Source of the DNA: Bigelowiella natans CCMP2755
Taxonomy: Eukaryota; Protista; Cercozoa
NCBI GenBank assembly: GCA_000320545.1
Contig: ADNK01002342.1
Coordinates: 18,864-82,863, forward strand
Direction: 5' to 3'
Length of the DNA stretch: 64,000 bases
How positions within the stretch are numbered: the first letter of the stretch is position 1; each line of letters opens with the position of its first letter. The translations under genes were made by a program, and so were the position numbers. Shown here one piece after another: positions 13,953 through 27,906 of this stretch. The notes beneath the pieces were generated by a model. That model ran no database searches, was not told the origin of the DNA, and worked only from the letters and a program-made list of their open reading frames with translations.

Positions 13953-15847
13953 AGCGGGAAAGAAGAGGAAGGCGCCCTCTACCGCCCCTCCTTCTTCCTC
14001 TCCTCCCCCCCCTTCTCCCGTGAGAAAGAAGAAGCGCGAGAAGAAAACGCGAGAGCGCAAGACAAAGGAAAGTAAAGCGAAGGGCGGCGAGGACTGCAAA
14101 CTTGCCTCGAGCAGCACGTCGTCATCTTCCTCTCCTTCCTCGCCATCCGTGAGTGTCGCCCACCTCGAGAGGCTGCTGACCTACCTCAACAAGCACCACG
14201 TTCGCGAGAACAGCGAGCTGGTGGGGGACATCATGAAGATCGTGCCACTGCTGATTCAAAGCAACCCGCCTCTTACCAAGACTGTCATCAAGATCTTCAA
14301 GCCATACCTGCAGTGGGACGAAATAGACGGCGGCGTAGGCGGCGATGACATCAAGAAGGCGACGACGCCAGGAGGGGCTGAGCAGCAGCGACAAAGTCGG
14401 CAGCAGCAGCTCGAGTACCAGGTGTCATGCTTTGTCACCTTCTGCGCCAACATCCCGGTCTCTCCGGGCGGCAACGAGATCCGAGAGCTGTTCTTCCAGG
14501 ACAACGTCATCCACGACTGCGTCGCCGCCCTCAAGCAAACCGCCAAGAGCGATGGTGGCGGAGCGGGCGGCAGCACCAGCGCAGCGAGTACGAGCAAGAA
14601 GGCCGGTAAGAAGAGGAAGCGGAAGAAGAAGAAGAGGGCCGCCGCCGGCGACGACGGCGAGGCTGACGTGGCGATCGATCGGCCCTCACTGCCGTTCATC
14701 ATCCAGATATTAGATGGGCTCTGCAAGGGGTACGAAAAGGCGCAGCGGTTGATGGTCGACATGAGCGCGATCGGCATCCTGCACCAGATCGAGGGGCGCT
14801 CCTCCCAAAACCGCGTGGGGCCCATGGCCGAGTCGCTGCTGCAGGCGCTCGTCTTGAACAACGCCACCGTGAAGAACTACATCGAGGACCTCCGCAACGA
14901 GACCCGGCTCCGCAAGAAGAACCGCGCGCTGGCGAAGCGGAAGAAGCTGCTGAAGCGGATGGGGTTCAAGTCGGCGCAGAAGAGCAGGAACAAGCTGACC
15001 GCCGAGATGAAGATCGCGGGCATCGAGTCGCTCTCCAAGGAGAGCCGCTTCAAGTGCATGGTCTGCCACGAGGGGTACAGCTTCAAGCCCCGCGACATCC
15101 TCGGGTTCTACGTCTACAACAAGGAGGTCGCCATCGGGGACTTTTGCACCGAGGAGGAGGCCGGGCTGACCTCCGTGACGCACTTCAACCTCATCCACTA
15201 CACCTGCCACGCGGAGGCCGTGCGGGCCGACTCGCGGCTGAAGCCGAGCAAGAAGGAGTGGGAGGGCGCGACCATCCGAAACTCGCACACGCTCTGCAAC
15301 AACTTGTTCCCCATCCTCGGCCCCGACATCCCCAACCACGAGTACAACTCCAAGGTCGAGAGGTACTGGCGGGACATCCCCTTCCGCTCGAGCTTCCAGA
15401 TGTCGCGCGTGGAGATCATGATCGAGGACCTCCGGCTGCTGCTGGCGCGGTTCGCCTACGAGGAGTCGTTCTCCGAATTCACGAAGGGCGGCGGGCGCGA
15501 GAGCAACATCAACTTCATCCCGTACATGCTCCAGCTGACGCTGCATCTTATGGCCAACTCAAGCTCCCCCACGGAGCAGGGGGTTCAGAACTCCTTCCTC
15601 GAGCGCCTGTGGACGGCAACGACGCGCCCCCCCCCCCCTGCTTCGTCCCAGGAGAGCGGTGGCGCCGACGGCGATGACGGCGGCAACGCGAATGCGGCGC
15701 CAGGAGGTAGGGATGGGGGCAGCTCGGACGCAGGCGACGGCGAGAGCCGGATGGTCCGAACGACGACGACGACAACGACGACAAGCAGCATGATCATGGA
15801 GACGGATCAGGATGCCTTGGATGTCTCTGAAGGTAGAGAGTGAATGA

Positions 15848-15880
<33 letters not shown>

Positions 15881-16139
15881 CGCGTGTAGGTATGTGTGCG
15901 CAATTGATTTATGATGAAAAATCCTACCAGGCGTCCTCGTGGAGAGCCTGCTGTTCCTTCCACACGCATGGTGGAATCTGTGCAAGTATGCGCTTCTCGA
16001 GCGTCTTGTCTCTCAGTCGGTCACCCCTGCGGCGGTCCACGTAGTAGGCGGGGGGGAGGGGGAGGACGATGAAGAGCAAGGTATGGATATTTTTAATCAA
16101 ACACACACAAACACTAGCATATACGCACAGACAGATATA

Positions 16140-16177
<38 letters not shown>

Positions 16178-16552
16178 ATATATATACACACGAACAGTGG
16201 AGGACATCGGAAATTTGGCCAAGCGGACGAAGATAACGACGACGACAACGACGTCGACGACGGCATCATCACCAAAGTCGCTCGATGAGGTAATGGAACA
16301 TACGATCGACCTCAAATCACATACACACACTCACTCACACACACTTACACACTTACACACACGCACACCTCACGCACGATACCTAGTAAATAAACCGTCA
16401 TACAACAGCAGCATAACGACGAGGAGATGAAAGAGGAGAAGACGAAGAAGAAGAAGATAAAGAAGAAGAAGAAGAGTAGAAACCTTGCTTCTCCTACCAC
16501 GACCAGCAGCACAGCTAGTAGCAGTACTTCTTCCTCCAATGACGCAGCGGCA

Positions 16553-16590
<38 letters not shown>

Positions 16591-16846
16591 GACGAGAGCA
16601 GGCAATGGATCGGGGGCGGCGGCAGAGGACGAGACCTCGACGGCGAAAGGGGAGGCGACGATGAAGATTATCACAGACGACAATAAGGACATCAAATCGA
16701 TCATGCGTCCCGTCTTCCTGTTCTGGGGCCTGGTCGACCGGCTGCACGGTATCTTTGGCAAGGCGAGGTCCTTCTGCGTGCCCCCCCCTACAGAGACGAA
16801 GAGCGCCGAAGAAGCAGTTTCTACCCGAAGCAAGGCAATCAACGAC

Positions 16847-16880
<34 letters not shown>

Positions 16881-17042
16881 AGTCAACCGATGCTGGCTCT
16901 ACAAAGAAACGGAAACGCCCAACGCGCCGCTCGACTAGAAGCAGCAGTTCTTCGGAGCCTGATAAAAAAGATGACGGCGAACGGAAAAAGGTCGTCGATA
17001 CTGATGATGCTGCTCGTTGCATGTTGAACACTCTTTTCCCTA

Positions 17043-17079
<37 letters not shown>

Positions 17080-17410
17080 ACGCACCATCTATTCATAAGC
17101 ACACACGCTCCTTGTTATTCTTTCGCAGGGCAAGAAGGAGAACAGTGGTGAAGGCAAGAAGACGAGTCTTCTTCTCCCTTCTTCTTCTTCCTCTCCCTCC
17201 TCCTTCCCGAAGATCGCCTCGGTCAAGTGGGGAATACAGCAGCGACAGCACGTCCTCCTGCTCCACCAAGAGGAGATCCTTGAGGAGCTTAAGTCCGCCT
17301 GCGATTTCTTCACCAAGGAACTACTTCGATGCGACGCGCTCCAAAGCTACGCTGCCGCGCTGAAGCTGCCTCCCGCAGTGAAAGAAAGGCTGTGGGTGCA
17401 CTTCAAATAG
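1..17410 (+). CDS. UBR4: UBR4/BIG/p600-like giant E3 ubiquitin ligase, 5' end upstream of window. Inferred exons: <1-7591, 7841-12481, 12661-15832, 15931-16080, 16198-16289, ~16409-16990, 17129-17410
   Basis: Contains a ZZ finger (CDECGKRITGWRWRCC...DFDLCQEC), the Cys-rich CPRC..CPNCRENAYQCRQCRNINY..FLCNECGYC, VRSLVVQRSKL, QEEYIRGSMTKNPYSS, IELLVNGKIISMDL, PMIVTYRLTGLDGEATED, and hemiRING CMVCHEGY...HFNLIHYTCH...WEGATIRNSHTLCNNLFP. Phase-compatible GT-AG introns join the long ORFs. TAG at 17408-17410. Confidence 0.93.
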
Positions 17411-17505
17411 TGGTACGAATAGTGTGGATCTCAGCTATTCTTGGCGAGGAATCAAAGGTGAGGTTGGCGAGTGAGATATATCTCGCGACAAAAATATCGT
17501 AACAG

Positions 17506-17545
<40 letters not shown>

Positions 17546-18389
17546 CACCGTATGGGAAATTCGTAAATGCACAGAAGAGCGTTAGTCAAATACATTACAG
17601 ATTAGTGTAAATAGTGCCCAGAAAAATGTATGACATTTATCCAGTAGCAAAGTAAACAATTGAACTCCCGTAGCATGCGGTGGAGCCAACGTTCATATGT
17701 AAGTTAGATGTTGTTGTTTGCTGTGCGCTATTCTCGCAGTCGAGATCAATTTGTTACCGGGTTGATGTTTTGCAGAACGTGCTGTTGTATTCTTGAACTG
17801 CGCGCTCGGAGCAGTACAGTATTTGTCGTCAACAACAATGCAAACGCATGCATGCTAGCAGTGGCTAGTGGCCGAAATGCTTCTACGCGTACCTTCAGCG
17901 ACGCGTGAAAACAACTGCTGGCTCCCTGCTCAGCGCAAGCTAGCAAGCAGAAGCCGCTGTGACTTCGGACAAATCGCCACGTCCGGCAAACGACTGCATG
18001 CTGCTGTTGCTCATGGCCAGCACAGACAGGCGAACATCCCAGAGTTAGCATGATCCCCTAGCTAGCTAGCTAGCGAGTCGGGGCTAGCGGGTACGATGAT
18101 GAGGTCCAGACGCATCGTGCGCCAAGGAACATGGCAGAAGTGCAACAACTCAACTGCGCAGTATTACCATACAATTGCTAGTTGGTACGCAACCACGACC
18201 ATGACATTCATTGCATTGTGTACACAAAACATCATCGTCGATTCATGGATGCACTACTCGCTTGCGTCTACACGGCAAAGATAGATGTAATCTACTGTCG
18301 CCACCGCACGCGAGAGCTCACAAGATTCGTTTTCCCTTGACAAGGAGAAGAGATTCAACCTGAGAAGAGGCGTAAGACAAATGTGTGTA

Positions 18390-18452
<63 letters not shown>

Positions 18453-18477
18453 ACATTCTACTCAGTATCCGTGTCTG

Positions 18478-19327
18478 CTACACGTGGCAAAATTGTGTAA
18501 CAATAACTCCATGCTCCACAGCTACCTCCTCCTCTTCGTCGTCACTACTGTCGTATCCTAGCTTCTTTCCCGAGCGCTGCGATAAGCGCAGCGATTTCCG
18601 GACAGCAATCGCGTCCTGATGATGACAACGCCGCCGTCAATGGTGGTTATCATTACGTGAGGGCGATGTTGTTGATAGTCATGATGATAATGATGAAACC
18701 CCAGAAAGTTTGCGTTGAGATAGCCAAGGAAAAAACGCCCCAGTGTGAGAAATATTGCAAGTATTAGTAAGAATAGCGGTTGCTCTATTACTCACTTACC
18801 CTCTTGTACGTGAAGTGGATGGTGGTATACAGCATGAACGTTAACTGAAGTTTCCACACGAAGGGGTGAGTAACAATAACCATAATAATAAATGATATTG
18901 ATGTTAATAGTATCTTTTAGCTAGAAAGTGATAATGGATATGCGTTTTGCAAATGTCGTTGGATTGCTACCATCCATGGGACGACCGTGATCCAAAACAA
19001 AGCCTAGTACGGCAACAAAACAAATCAAGCTTCAAAAAAAGAAGAAGGTGCCATTTCGTCCGCCCCGACGACCACAAAGACCATGATGACGGTGTTAAAG
19101 AGAAAGATATGAGGGGAGGGGGGAGAAGGGGCAACAATTCGATCCAAATGAATCAACATCTGGCTGCATCAGGACTAGCGCCAACGCACCTGCGAGAGAG
19201 CGTCGATGTCACCCTGCCTTTCAGCGGCAGTTAGGCTGCTAATCGAGCCATCTTCCCCGCGCCGGTATCCAAACACATCTGGCGCATTTCGAGCAGAGAA
19301 GAGCGTTAAAAGATGGGGAAATGAGGA

Positions 19328-19383
<56 letters not shown>

Positions 19384-20037
19384 AGACATCGCCGCCTCTA
19401 AGTGCGGAAGGATCTAAGGATTCACACCCAACCACCAGCCCGCTGCTAGGATATACAAATTATGAGCAGGGGGACAAGGAGGAGCCGCACCTTGAGCAAG
19501 ATAGGACACAAGAAACCCTGAGAGTGTGAGGAGAGGAGGAGGAGGAGGAGGAGGAGGAGGAGGAGGAGGTGGGGAGAAGAGAAGGATGAAACAAACAAAT
19601 TGTGATCATCCAGGATGGAAGAGGAAGAGCGCAATGACGAAATGGCATAGTGACGTGGCAAGCAATAACTCCGCAAGTTTCTTCAATACAATAACTCCGC
19701 AAGTTTCTTCAATATACAAACGTCAATATGGAAGCTCTTGGCAAAGAAGTAACGTCCTCGATACATGCTAAACGTAATATGCATTCATATAGTTAAGAGA
19801 GAGGTTGTCCCTCCCTCCTCCTCTCTTCCTTGGACCTACCAGCGAAGGAGGAAGGGACAGATTCCAGGGCGGCGAAGTAGCCATAGATCGAAGTGCGCGT
19901 GAACGATGGAGCGATGTCGGCAATGATCGGCCTGTTCGTCTTTCAGGGCAGCAAGAAAGTACACCAACGTCACCACCAAATCAGTGCATTTCAATTCGTA
20001 AACTACACGTGCACACCTACACCTCCACACATGGACC

Positions 20038-20068
<31 letters not shown>

Positions 20069-20331
20069 ATACACATACACACGCACATGTTTACGCTTTG
20101 AATCTGTTTTGCTACTTACCCCGTTCGTGCACCAAGTCCCAAGTATGTTGAATATTACGAACACCTATGTGTGTGTGTGTGTGTGAGTGAGTGTGTGAGT
20201 GTGCGATTCTGCGTGTCCGCATGATGTCTTGCAACTTTAAATTTTTTTTCTCTCTTCTTCCTACCATCGTGTAGATCGAGAATTCGGCCTCGCCACTGCA
20301 GAATTAGAATAAAGAAACATATATTTTAAAC

Positions 20332-20376
<45 letters not shown>

Positions 20377-22793
20377 AAACATATAAGATCTACAGACCGC
20401 ACGCATGCTCCGCTACGCACAAACGCATCCATATATGTTCTCCGTGCATGTAGACTACTTCATCCACACATTTCAGTAGTGCGTGTGCGTGTGTGTGCGT
20501 GTGTGTGCGTGTGCGTGCGCGCGCGCGCGTGTCTGGGGCGGAGGAGGGAGGAGTGTGTGTGTCCGAAGCAGCGAAAGCGGCACCCACCCGATGGTCCATT
20601 TTGGCATGAAGTAGAAGAGAAGGCCGCCGAAGCCGATTCCGACGGAAACAGTAATTTGAGCCACCTTAAAAAACACAATTGTCACTAATATATTCATTTC
20701 GAGAATATATATGCGTGTATCTGTCTCTCATCCACGCACATGACTAACATCACAAACGAAATTTGTTAAAAAACGACTCCGAGGTGCGTTGAATACGGTG
20801 GAGAATGCGGGGGGGGGAGGGGGGGGTGAAGGGGAGGTAGGGAGGCAAGGGGAGTACATAGATGCGCCCGTGGAAAGGGAATAAAGAGTTGAGAGAGTCT
20901 CCGACGTATCCTGATAAAAGATTGCCGAAGGCTGCAGCTATGAATCCTGCACCAGTGATCACGGCGGTCTGGAACGGAGAGAAGCCTGAGGAGATGATAG
21001 CGTACGGAAGGATGATAAGTCGAGCAGTAGCGAACACATGGTGGCGGTTTGGTTCATTTCAGAAAAGGAGCCGTGGCCTCTCAGTAGTACTCCCTCGGCT
21101 CAGGATCCTTTTTTTTCTCAATTCGTATAAATGTATAGATATATGAGGGAAAGGGGCTTCGTCGTCGTTGCGTACCTATCAGCTCCAGATACATGACCAT
21201 GAACATACCGAAGGCCTGGTGTAAACATCAGCACTCAAGACGGTGTCAGCAACGCATTTGCTCCGTGGGCTAGGGCAAAGATGATCCGAGCTCCGTTGCA
21301 AGCACCAGAAATAATAAATACGTTTAAATCCGTCGTAACGAAAAAAAATCCTATGGAGATCGGGGTAAGATGAAATGTTAAAGGAAGACTGCTATTCTGC
21401 ATAACAACAACATCATCATCATCCTCGCTGACCCGCCATGGCACATATCCGAACATGCCTTGAGTCACCAAGATCCAAAATGTCGTTAGCTTAAGAGGAT
21501 TCTGATATGTACAAGACAAAGAAGGCATTGTTATACACATACTCCATACACACACACACGTATATATATATATATATATATATATATACTTTTTATTTTA
21601 TAAGTTTCTATTATACCTTTACGTTGCTTGCCGTTTGTACACTTCTTCCGGGTGAAGGCCTGTAATCTTGTGTATAGCACCTAATGATACGATGGCAGTT
21701 GTTGAAGAAGATATGGGTTAAGAGCTAGGTGTAGGAGCGATGACGACGTAAAGATACTGAAATTGTACATTAGTCCTCTCCATGAACATTCAATCCCCCC
21801 CCCACCCTGGTAAGTTGGTATGGCAAACGCTCTCCATCCTGCTTCGTCATCTCTCTCCCCCTTCCCGAGACTGGGAAAAGTGTCAAATCTCACACGCAAT
21901 TCAAAACGTACACAATCGGGGTGAAGATGAAGGATACGATGGCGACGATCAGCAAGCAACACCTCCAACCTTTCAGACCTAAGGAGAACAAGAAGAAGCA
22001 GCTAAGGGCAAGGCATGCATGTTAGACATAGCAGTGCTTCTTAAGAACGACCGACTCGCATCACCTTCACCATCACCGCCACCACCACCATCACTATCAT
22101 CATCATCATCATCATCAGTAAGAGTGTAGCAAGATACCAAGCATTTCGCTATTGGAAAACGTCGTTGCGATGAACTGGCCACAGAACCCTCCTAGCATTC
22201 CGAACATCGATACTTGACCGAACACCCTTCCTCGGTGGCTCGGCGCTACGATGTCGGCAACAATACTCTACCAGACACAACAAAAATACGGAACGTTAGC
22301 AATCGATTTCTTTCATCAAACTGGGCTCCATCCCCACGATTCGAAATCATCACATATCCGGGCAAGAGGGGTGGAGGCTGAGCTAAAAAGCTAAGGCAGC
22401 AGTATTCACCTGGATGAGAGGAGAAACCAGAGCCAGAAAGCACGCCGATACTGTGCGGAAGACCTACCACGACGAAGAAAAGTAATAAATACAGTATATG
22501 TTGTAAGACGTTTCATTGCGCCAGAGATGACTTGCCGTTCCCCCTCCCCTCTCTCCCTATTTGTCTGTGTGTAACCGCCCACCGTGAATTCAACAAAGGA
22601 GTTCGAAAGAGCACCGCCCAGAGTGAAGCATCCCCACATAGCGCATCCGATACCTAAATGAGAACAGTATCCACCGAGGGAGGGGTTACAAACAACAAAC
22701 GTTTGCGACAGCGGGACGAATTCGTAGTCTTTCTTCGAAATGGTTTTGTGCTGTGAGACTTTCTTAAAGGGATGAGAGCAGGCATAAAAGCAC

Positions 22794-22843
<50 letters not shown>

Positions 22844-23356
22844 ACACACACAAAACATTACCCAATAGTAAAGTACGGCTGTATTTATCACCGAGCATTC
22901 CCCTGAATACAACATAAGAGATAAACGTACGTCAGCAGCTAGGTTGCACAAGCCGCTCAAACGTTATGAAGACGATGGCATCGCATGTACCAGAAGGGCG
23001 TTGCGATGGAAGTAACCACGCATTGAAGAAGGTACACGAATCCGATGTCAGTTAAGGAGACATTGAAATCTTTGATCAGAGTGGGGAACATCGCTGAAGA
23101 AAAAGAATAACCGGTTCACTGTTGAGCTTTTCCCATCTTTGAAAAATAAAAATGGAAGTACGATATAACAAGTCCAAGCATGCTGCAATCGTTCGACATG
23201 GGTGCACTCCTCCCCCTTGTCCCCAATCAGTAGTAGCATTTCGATTCTATCTTTGCAACCTGGAACCATGAAAAAATCTGCTCGCTCGAGTATCAGGCAG
23301 CATCCCAAGATTAGGAATAGCGGGACAGGAAGGGTCGTACGCGGAGATTCCTTCAT
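18478..23356 (-). CDS. Major facilitator superfamily transporter (spinster-like), many small exons
   Basis: Exon fragments ILERADFFMVPG, VTQGMFGYVPW, AAFGNLLSGYVGD..FPFHGRIY, NRPIIADIAPSFTRTSIYGYFAALESVPSSFAG, VFGYRRGE..DIDALSQ. Last exon ends ...VTQFCHV-stop at 18478. Exact exon borders not all resolved. Confidence 0.75.
19663..19714. repeat. 26-bp perfect tandem duplication in an intron
   Basis: caataactccgcaagtttcttcaata occurs twice back to back. Confidence 0.9.
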
Positions 23357-24157
23357 GTTGCTTGCAACGTCACTTTTGGGTCTCCGAGTGCCGGTCTGTA
23401 AGAATTAAGCCAAGGCTGGAAAAGAAGAGAGGGCGTGATTCAACGTGCTCGAAGTACGAAAGCCATGCGTTCCTCCAACAAAACTGAACTTCGGGCGAAT
23501 CATTCCTTGGAAATAAAATTGCAGAGCATGATGACCCTACGAGTGTATTTCCCAACGCTAAACAACTCCTCCCCCTCCCCCCCCCCGCTGCCCCCGACCA
23601 GTCAACGTTACATGTACGCTCGCTGAAGTCTTAATGGATGTCCGTAGGCCTGCGAGACATGGGCGAAAATACGAGTTTTTACAGGTGATTTTATCGGTGC
23701 GACAACGATACTCTAACCTGCAATTTGCTGCAGAGAATATCAAAATCAAGTAAATAACCAGGTATTAATACAACGTCGACATCTCGAGGAATCTCGAGAA
23801 TCACGCTTGCGCTCTCTTTTACGTCAAAATGACGTGATCGACCAGGGCGGAACAGTGAAAACACCGGCAATTTTGGTTGTTGATGGAGCTAATAGGCTTC
23901 GAGAGAACCCAAAACGGCATGCAAATTTTGTCGTAGATGCGTTTTTAAGCGCTGCGACCTTCTGGAAATTTCTGCAAAATTTCCTCCAAGGAGTTTAAAC
24001 TACGCGAACCTGGTGAAAAGGGTGGCTTTTGTTAAAAGAGACATCGCTATAATTAATAAATGCATGTGTCACCGCTGGTTGCCTCCTTTCCCAAGTCGCT
24101 CGATCCGCTATTTTCGACTGAGTCAGCAGGTCGTTCCGTCACATCCCAACTGACACG

Positions 24158-27100
24158 ATGATCAACACGGTAAGGGAAAACCAGTCACGAGCGAATTTCC
24201 TCTTGCTGCTGTCCATCTTGGTCTGCGCGCCCTCAGGGGCCTCCCTTGCGTCTGGGAGCTACGAGGATCGCTTCTACCAGGAACGGTTCAACGCGAGGCT
24301 GAGCGAGGCCCTCAAGAAAGTTCGCACCACACTCGACACGGAAAGGGATTTTGCAGCCATCGGAAGCGTAGCTCACAAGTATGATGACAAGTACCTGATG
24401 GCAGAATACGTCACGAATACGGCTCTACAGGCAAGTACGAACATACTCCACCGCCTGGGGTTTTCTCAAGCACAGCTTGAGGCCCTGCGTGCAAAGTCCA
24501 TAAAGGAAAACCGCTCCATTGTGCTGGAGATTCACAAAGAAGATACCTGTACTTTTTTACGTTCGCGAGAAGTTGAGACGGATGCGCCGACAAAGGTTGT
24601 GCACGAGTCTGGGATCTTCGGCTCCTACACGAAGGAGAAACGGGTCTCTCAGAAGTTCACGGAATACGTGTGGGAGCACGCGACAGCTGCGGCGCTTTCT
24701 CTACGATTAACCGGCGAAGAAAGTAAGGTATTCTCTCAGCTCAACGGAAGATACTCGACGGAAATAGCACGCAGGTCGAAAACCACGCCACTTCGAGAGC
24801 TCGACGTGGCCAGGATCCCAGAGCTGGATGTCACGTGGCTCGTGCGTAACCTTCAGCAGATCAAAATTGACCGTTCGGCGAAGGATTGTTTGACTCCTAG
24901 AAGGAACAAACAGATACAGGACGCTGTGAGACAGTTTGTAGAGCTAGGCAACTGGGCAGATCGGGTAAGGATTGAATCATAGTATCTATGTGGCTTTTTA
25001 TAAAATGAGTTGCAACCGCAGTTAGAACTCACCGACACAATGCCCAATTAATTGTGGGTTTGGGCTCTCCCTTTACAGTGCCTTATAATCTCATGCCTAT
25101 TTCGCTCTAATCCTTCAAATTCTCTGCATGTATCGATCATGTTGCTAATTGCGGCTGGTCTTCCAGGTTTCACACGAACTCGACAATGGCGTTTGGAAGT
25201 CCTATCTTGCTGCAGAGAGCCTGCCTGATATATTCCAACCCGTTAGTCCCATCTTCGATGTGAAGGAAGGGAAGGTCATCTCGACCACGGACGCAGACAT
25301 CCTCCTCAAGCAGCACGAGGAGTCATTGGAGCACTTCGTGGCGGACGTCGGGCGGCAGCTACCGGCCGCTGCTGAACAGCAAAAGCCCTCTCCCGATTTA
25401 CTGTCAGTGATGCCCTTGATGAAACACTGGGCTCAGACGCTGGAGAATCACCTTGACAGTGTCAACTATATCGAGCACCTGCTCAAGGAGCAGCTCAACA
25501 AGGCGATCGGGCGGACGCTGAGCGCGAAGGACTTCCGTGACTACATGATGTTCCACAACCAGAAGAAACTCTTCAAGAGCGAGTACCAGCCCCGGCCCTT
25601 CACGTTCGCGGTGCGGCGGGAGGCTCAGTACTCTCCAGAGGGCACTGTCGCGATCCATTATCCAGAAGATAACGAGCTCATCCACACCTCCGTCCGCGTC
25701 CGTGCCCCCTCTCCGGCGGCCAGTAATATGAGTTTCCCGCTCAGTGCTTCGACGAGCGTCAAGTTCCACGGCAAACACTTCATCCACAGCTTCCTGAATC
25801 ATCAGCTGGGTTATGAGACAACCACCCGCCTGGAGCTAGCGGCGCGAGCCCGTCAGTTCTCGGGCTTCATCGTCGTGCTGGGGAAAATCAAGTCGGCGAC
25901 CGAGCTCGACCCAAAGCAAGCAATCATCGTGCAAAACAAGGACGATCTGAGGATACCGCTGGTGCTGGAGCAGATCCCGAGTCCCAAGGTATCGAAAGCG
26001 ACGGATGTGATGATCATGCGTGAAGCATGCTCTTAGTGCGATATAGAAGTGAACGTTGGTCGCAGGCCGCCATCGTTTCTAATCATTCTTTGATTTTCCC
26101 AGGCGTTCCGTGACTTCATCTCGTCTCTGTCTCCCGAGCAGCAGCGGTTTGCACAGGCCTACCGCAACATGCAGCTCGAGGGTACCCTGTTTGGAATGGT
26201 AGTCATCCAAATCAAGCCGGCGTTGGAGAAGGTGAGCGAGAACAGCAACGACGACAACGACGACGATAGAATGATGACATAGCCAGGAAGGCTCTTCATC
26301 GACTCTTAATTAGGGATAGGGATTGACTGATAATAATCGCCGATGATACTATCACTACCACGCAGCCTGTTCTTGATGGTTGTCACCCCCGTTCTGTCGT
26401 CGATTTAGGTCCTCAATCTCCCTCCAGGATCTCTCACGAAGGAAATACAGCTGACGGAAGACCTCATGACGCTTTTCATCAAGTACCAGATTCCGACAGA
26501 TCTCATCTCTTATAGAGGTCTCCTACTTCCTTGCCACCCCCCCTGCCTCTCTGATGTGGAACTTCATTACGTTGAGCGCGTGATACTGACCTTTCACGCA
26601 CGCACACACAAAACACACTAGATAGCCCCGTATTGTTGAAACTGCACGCGCGCACCTTCGCATGCTGCGACCCAGACGCACAGAATAACGGATATCATCA
26701 TACAGGCGATGAAGTTGACTTGGGGGCGTCGCCATTACCATCGAACACCAAAGATGAGGGCGCCAGGGCAGCTTCATCATCGTCCATGCATACGCGTGTG
26801 GAGCAGGTTCGGCAGCAGGCGAACACAATGATGCGGATGCTCGAGTCCAAGAAGACTAAGCTCGTCGAAGAGTCGCAGAAAGCAGCGGAGTATGCAAAGA
26901 ACCAGAAGGAGGCGATGATGCGGAGAAAGCTGAAGAAGGACAGCAGCCATGCTGAGCGTGCCACGTATAGCACCGCGTCGGTCACAGACTCTAAAAGATT
27001 CGTGCCGAGAATGGCCGCCATGAGCATCAACACCCCGACCATCCACAGCAGCATTCCCCCCGAAGAGGTCGTAGCGCACGGCGCAGCTGCTGTTGGTGCG

Positions 27101-27906
27101 GCTTTGTCAGAAATGCTGCGAGGAGAGACAGAACCCCTTCTCTTGCTTGACATCGACGATGTGCTTCCTCGACAGGTCGATCAGGCCAGCGGAGCCGGCG
27201 GCGATGCGTCGCCCCAGGCGGAAATGGGTGAGCAGAGCGACAGCAAGGATGGTCGGGAGCCAGAGGCCGAGGTCACAACCTTCGAGGACCGTCCGGTGGG
27301 AGGCGAAGGCGATGTCGCGACCTCTGCTGCTGCCATGGAGGACTACACTCGCATTGCCATAGATCTAGATAGGGCGTTGGAAAAGCTCGATGTAGATGGA
27401 GCTGCGCGTCCCACGAAGGTGCTCCTGCTACGCAGCTTGTTCATGGCTGCATGCAATTGCAATCAAACATCGCTGATCTTAACAACTTTTGCCTCTTTTG
27501 TATTATCTAAACCTCTTAGATCACTGTGGAAAAGAATGGATGGGTGAAGCGCTACCGCGAGTCCCTTCTCAGCAGATCTGAAAACATCAAGACCCTCCTT
27601 CAAGACGATGTGAAGAGGGAAACTGACCGCGCGTTTGACCTCCTAGATGCTCTTTCTAGGTCTGGTGGCCTTGTCCTTGAAGGCGCAGAACTCCACGTTG
27701 TTGTTGCCGCCACGCACGCATTTGATAAGACTCTCGTCGACACTGTGGCCGTCGATAATGTCAACCCTATTGAGAAAGTGGAAAGGACCGCACTGATTAT
27801 GGCAGCCCAAACGCACAAGATAAAGGAGATTAGCAGCATGATTGACCAACAATTCTTGAAAAGGGTTGAGAGCACCTGTCCAGTGTTGTTCGAGAAGAAG
27901 AACTAG
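24158..27906 (+). CDS. Uncharacterised multi-exon protein with hydrophobic signal-like N-terminus
   Basis: ORFs 24158, 25149, 26633 and 27526 plus short exons ([34 protein letters not shown]; [35 protein letters not shown]) separated by GT-AG introns. No confident domain call. Confidence 0.7.

Noticed and set aside
38-15843. Three separate giant genes
   Set aside because: UBR4 domains continue in order across phase-compatible introns, so this is one gene.
113-15985. Long antisense and alternate-frame ORFs over UBR4 (e.g. 9161-10123, 12259-13374, 14710-15546)
   Set aside because: Shadow ORFs of GC-rich, codon-biased coding sequence.
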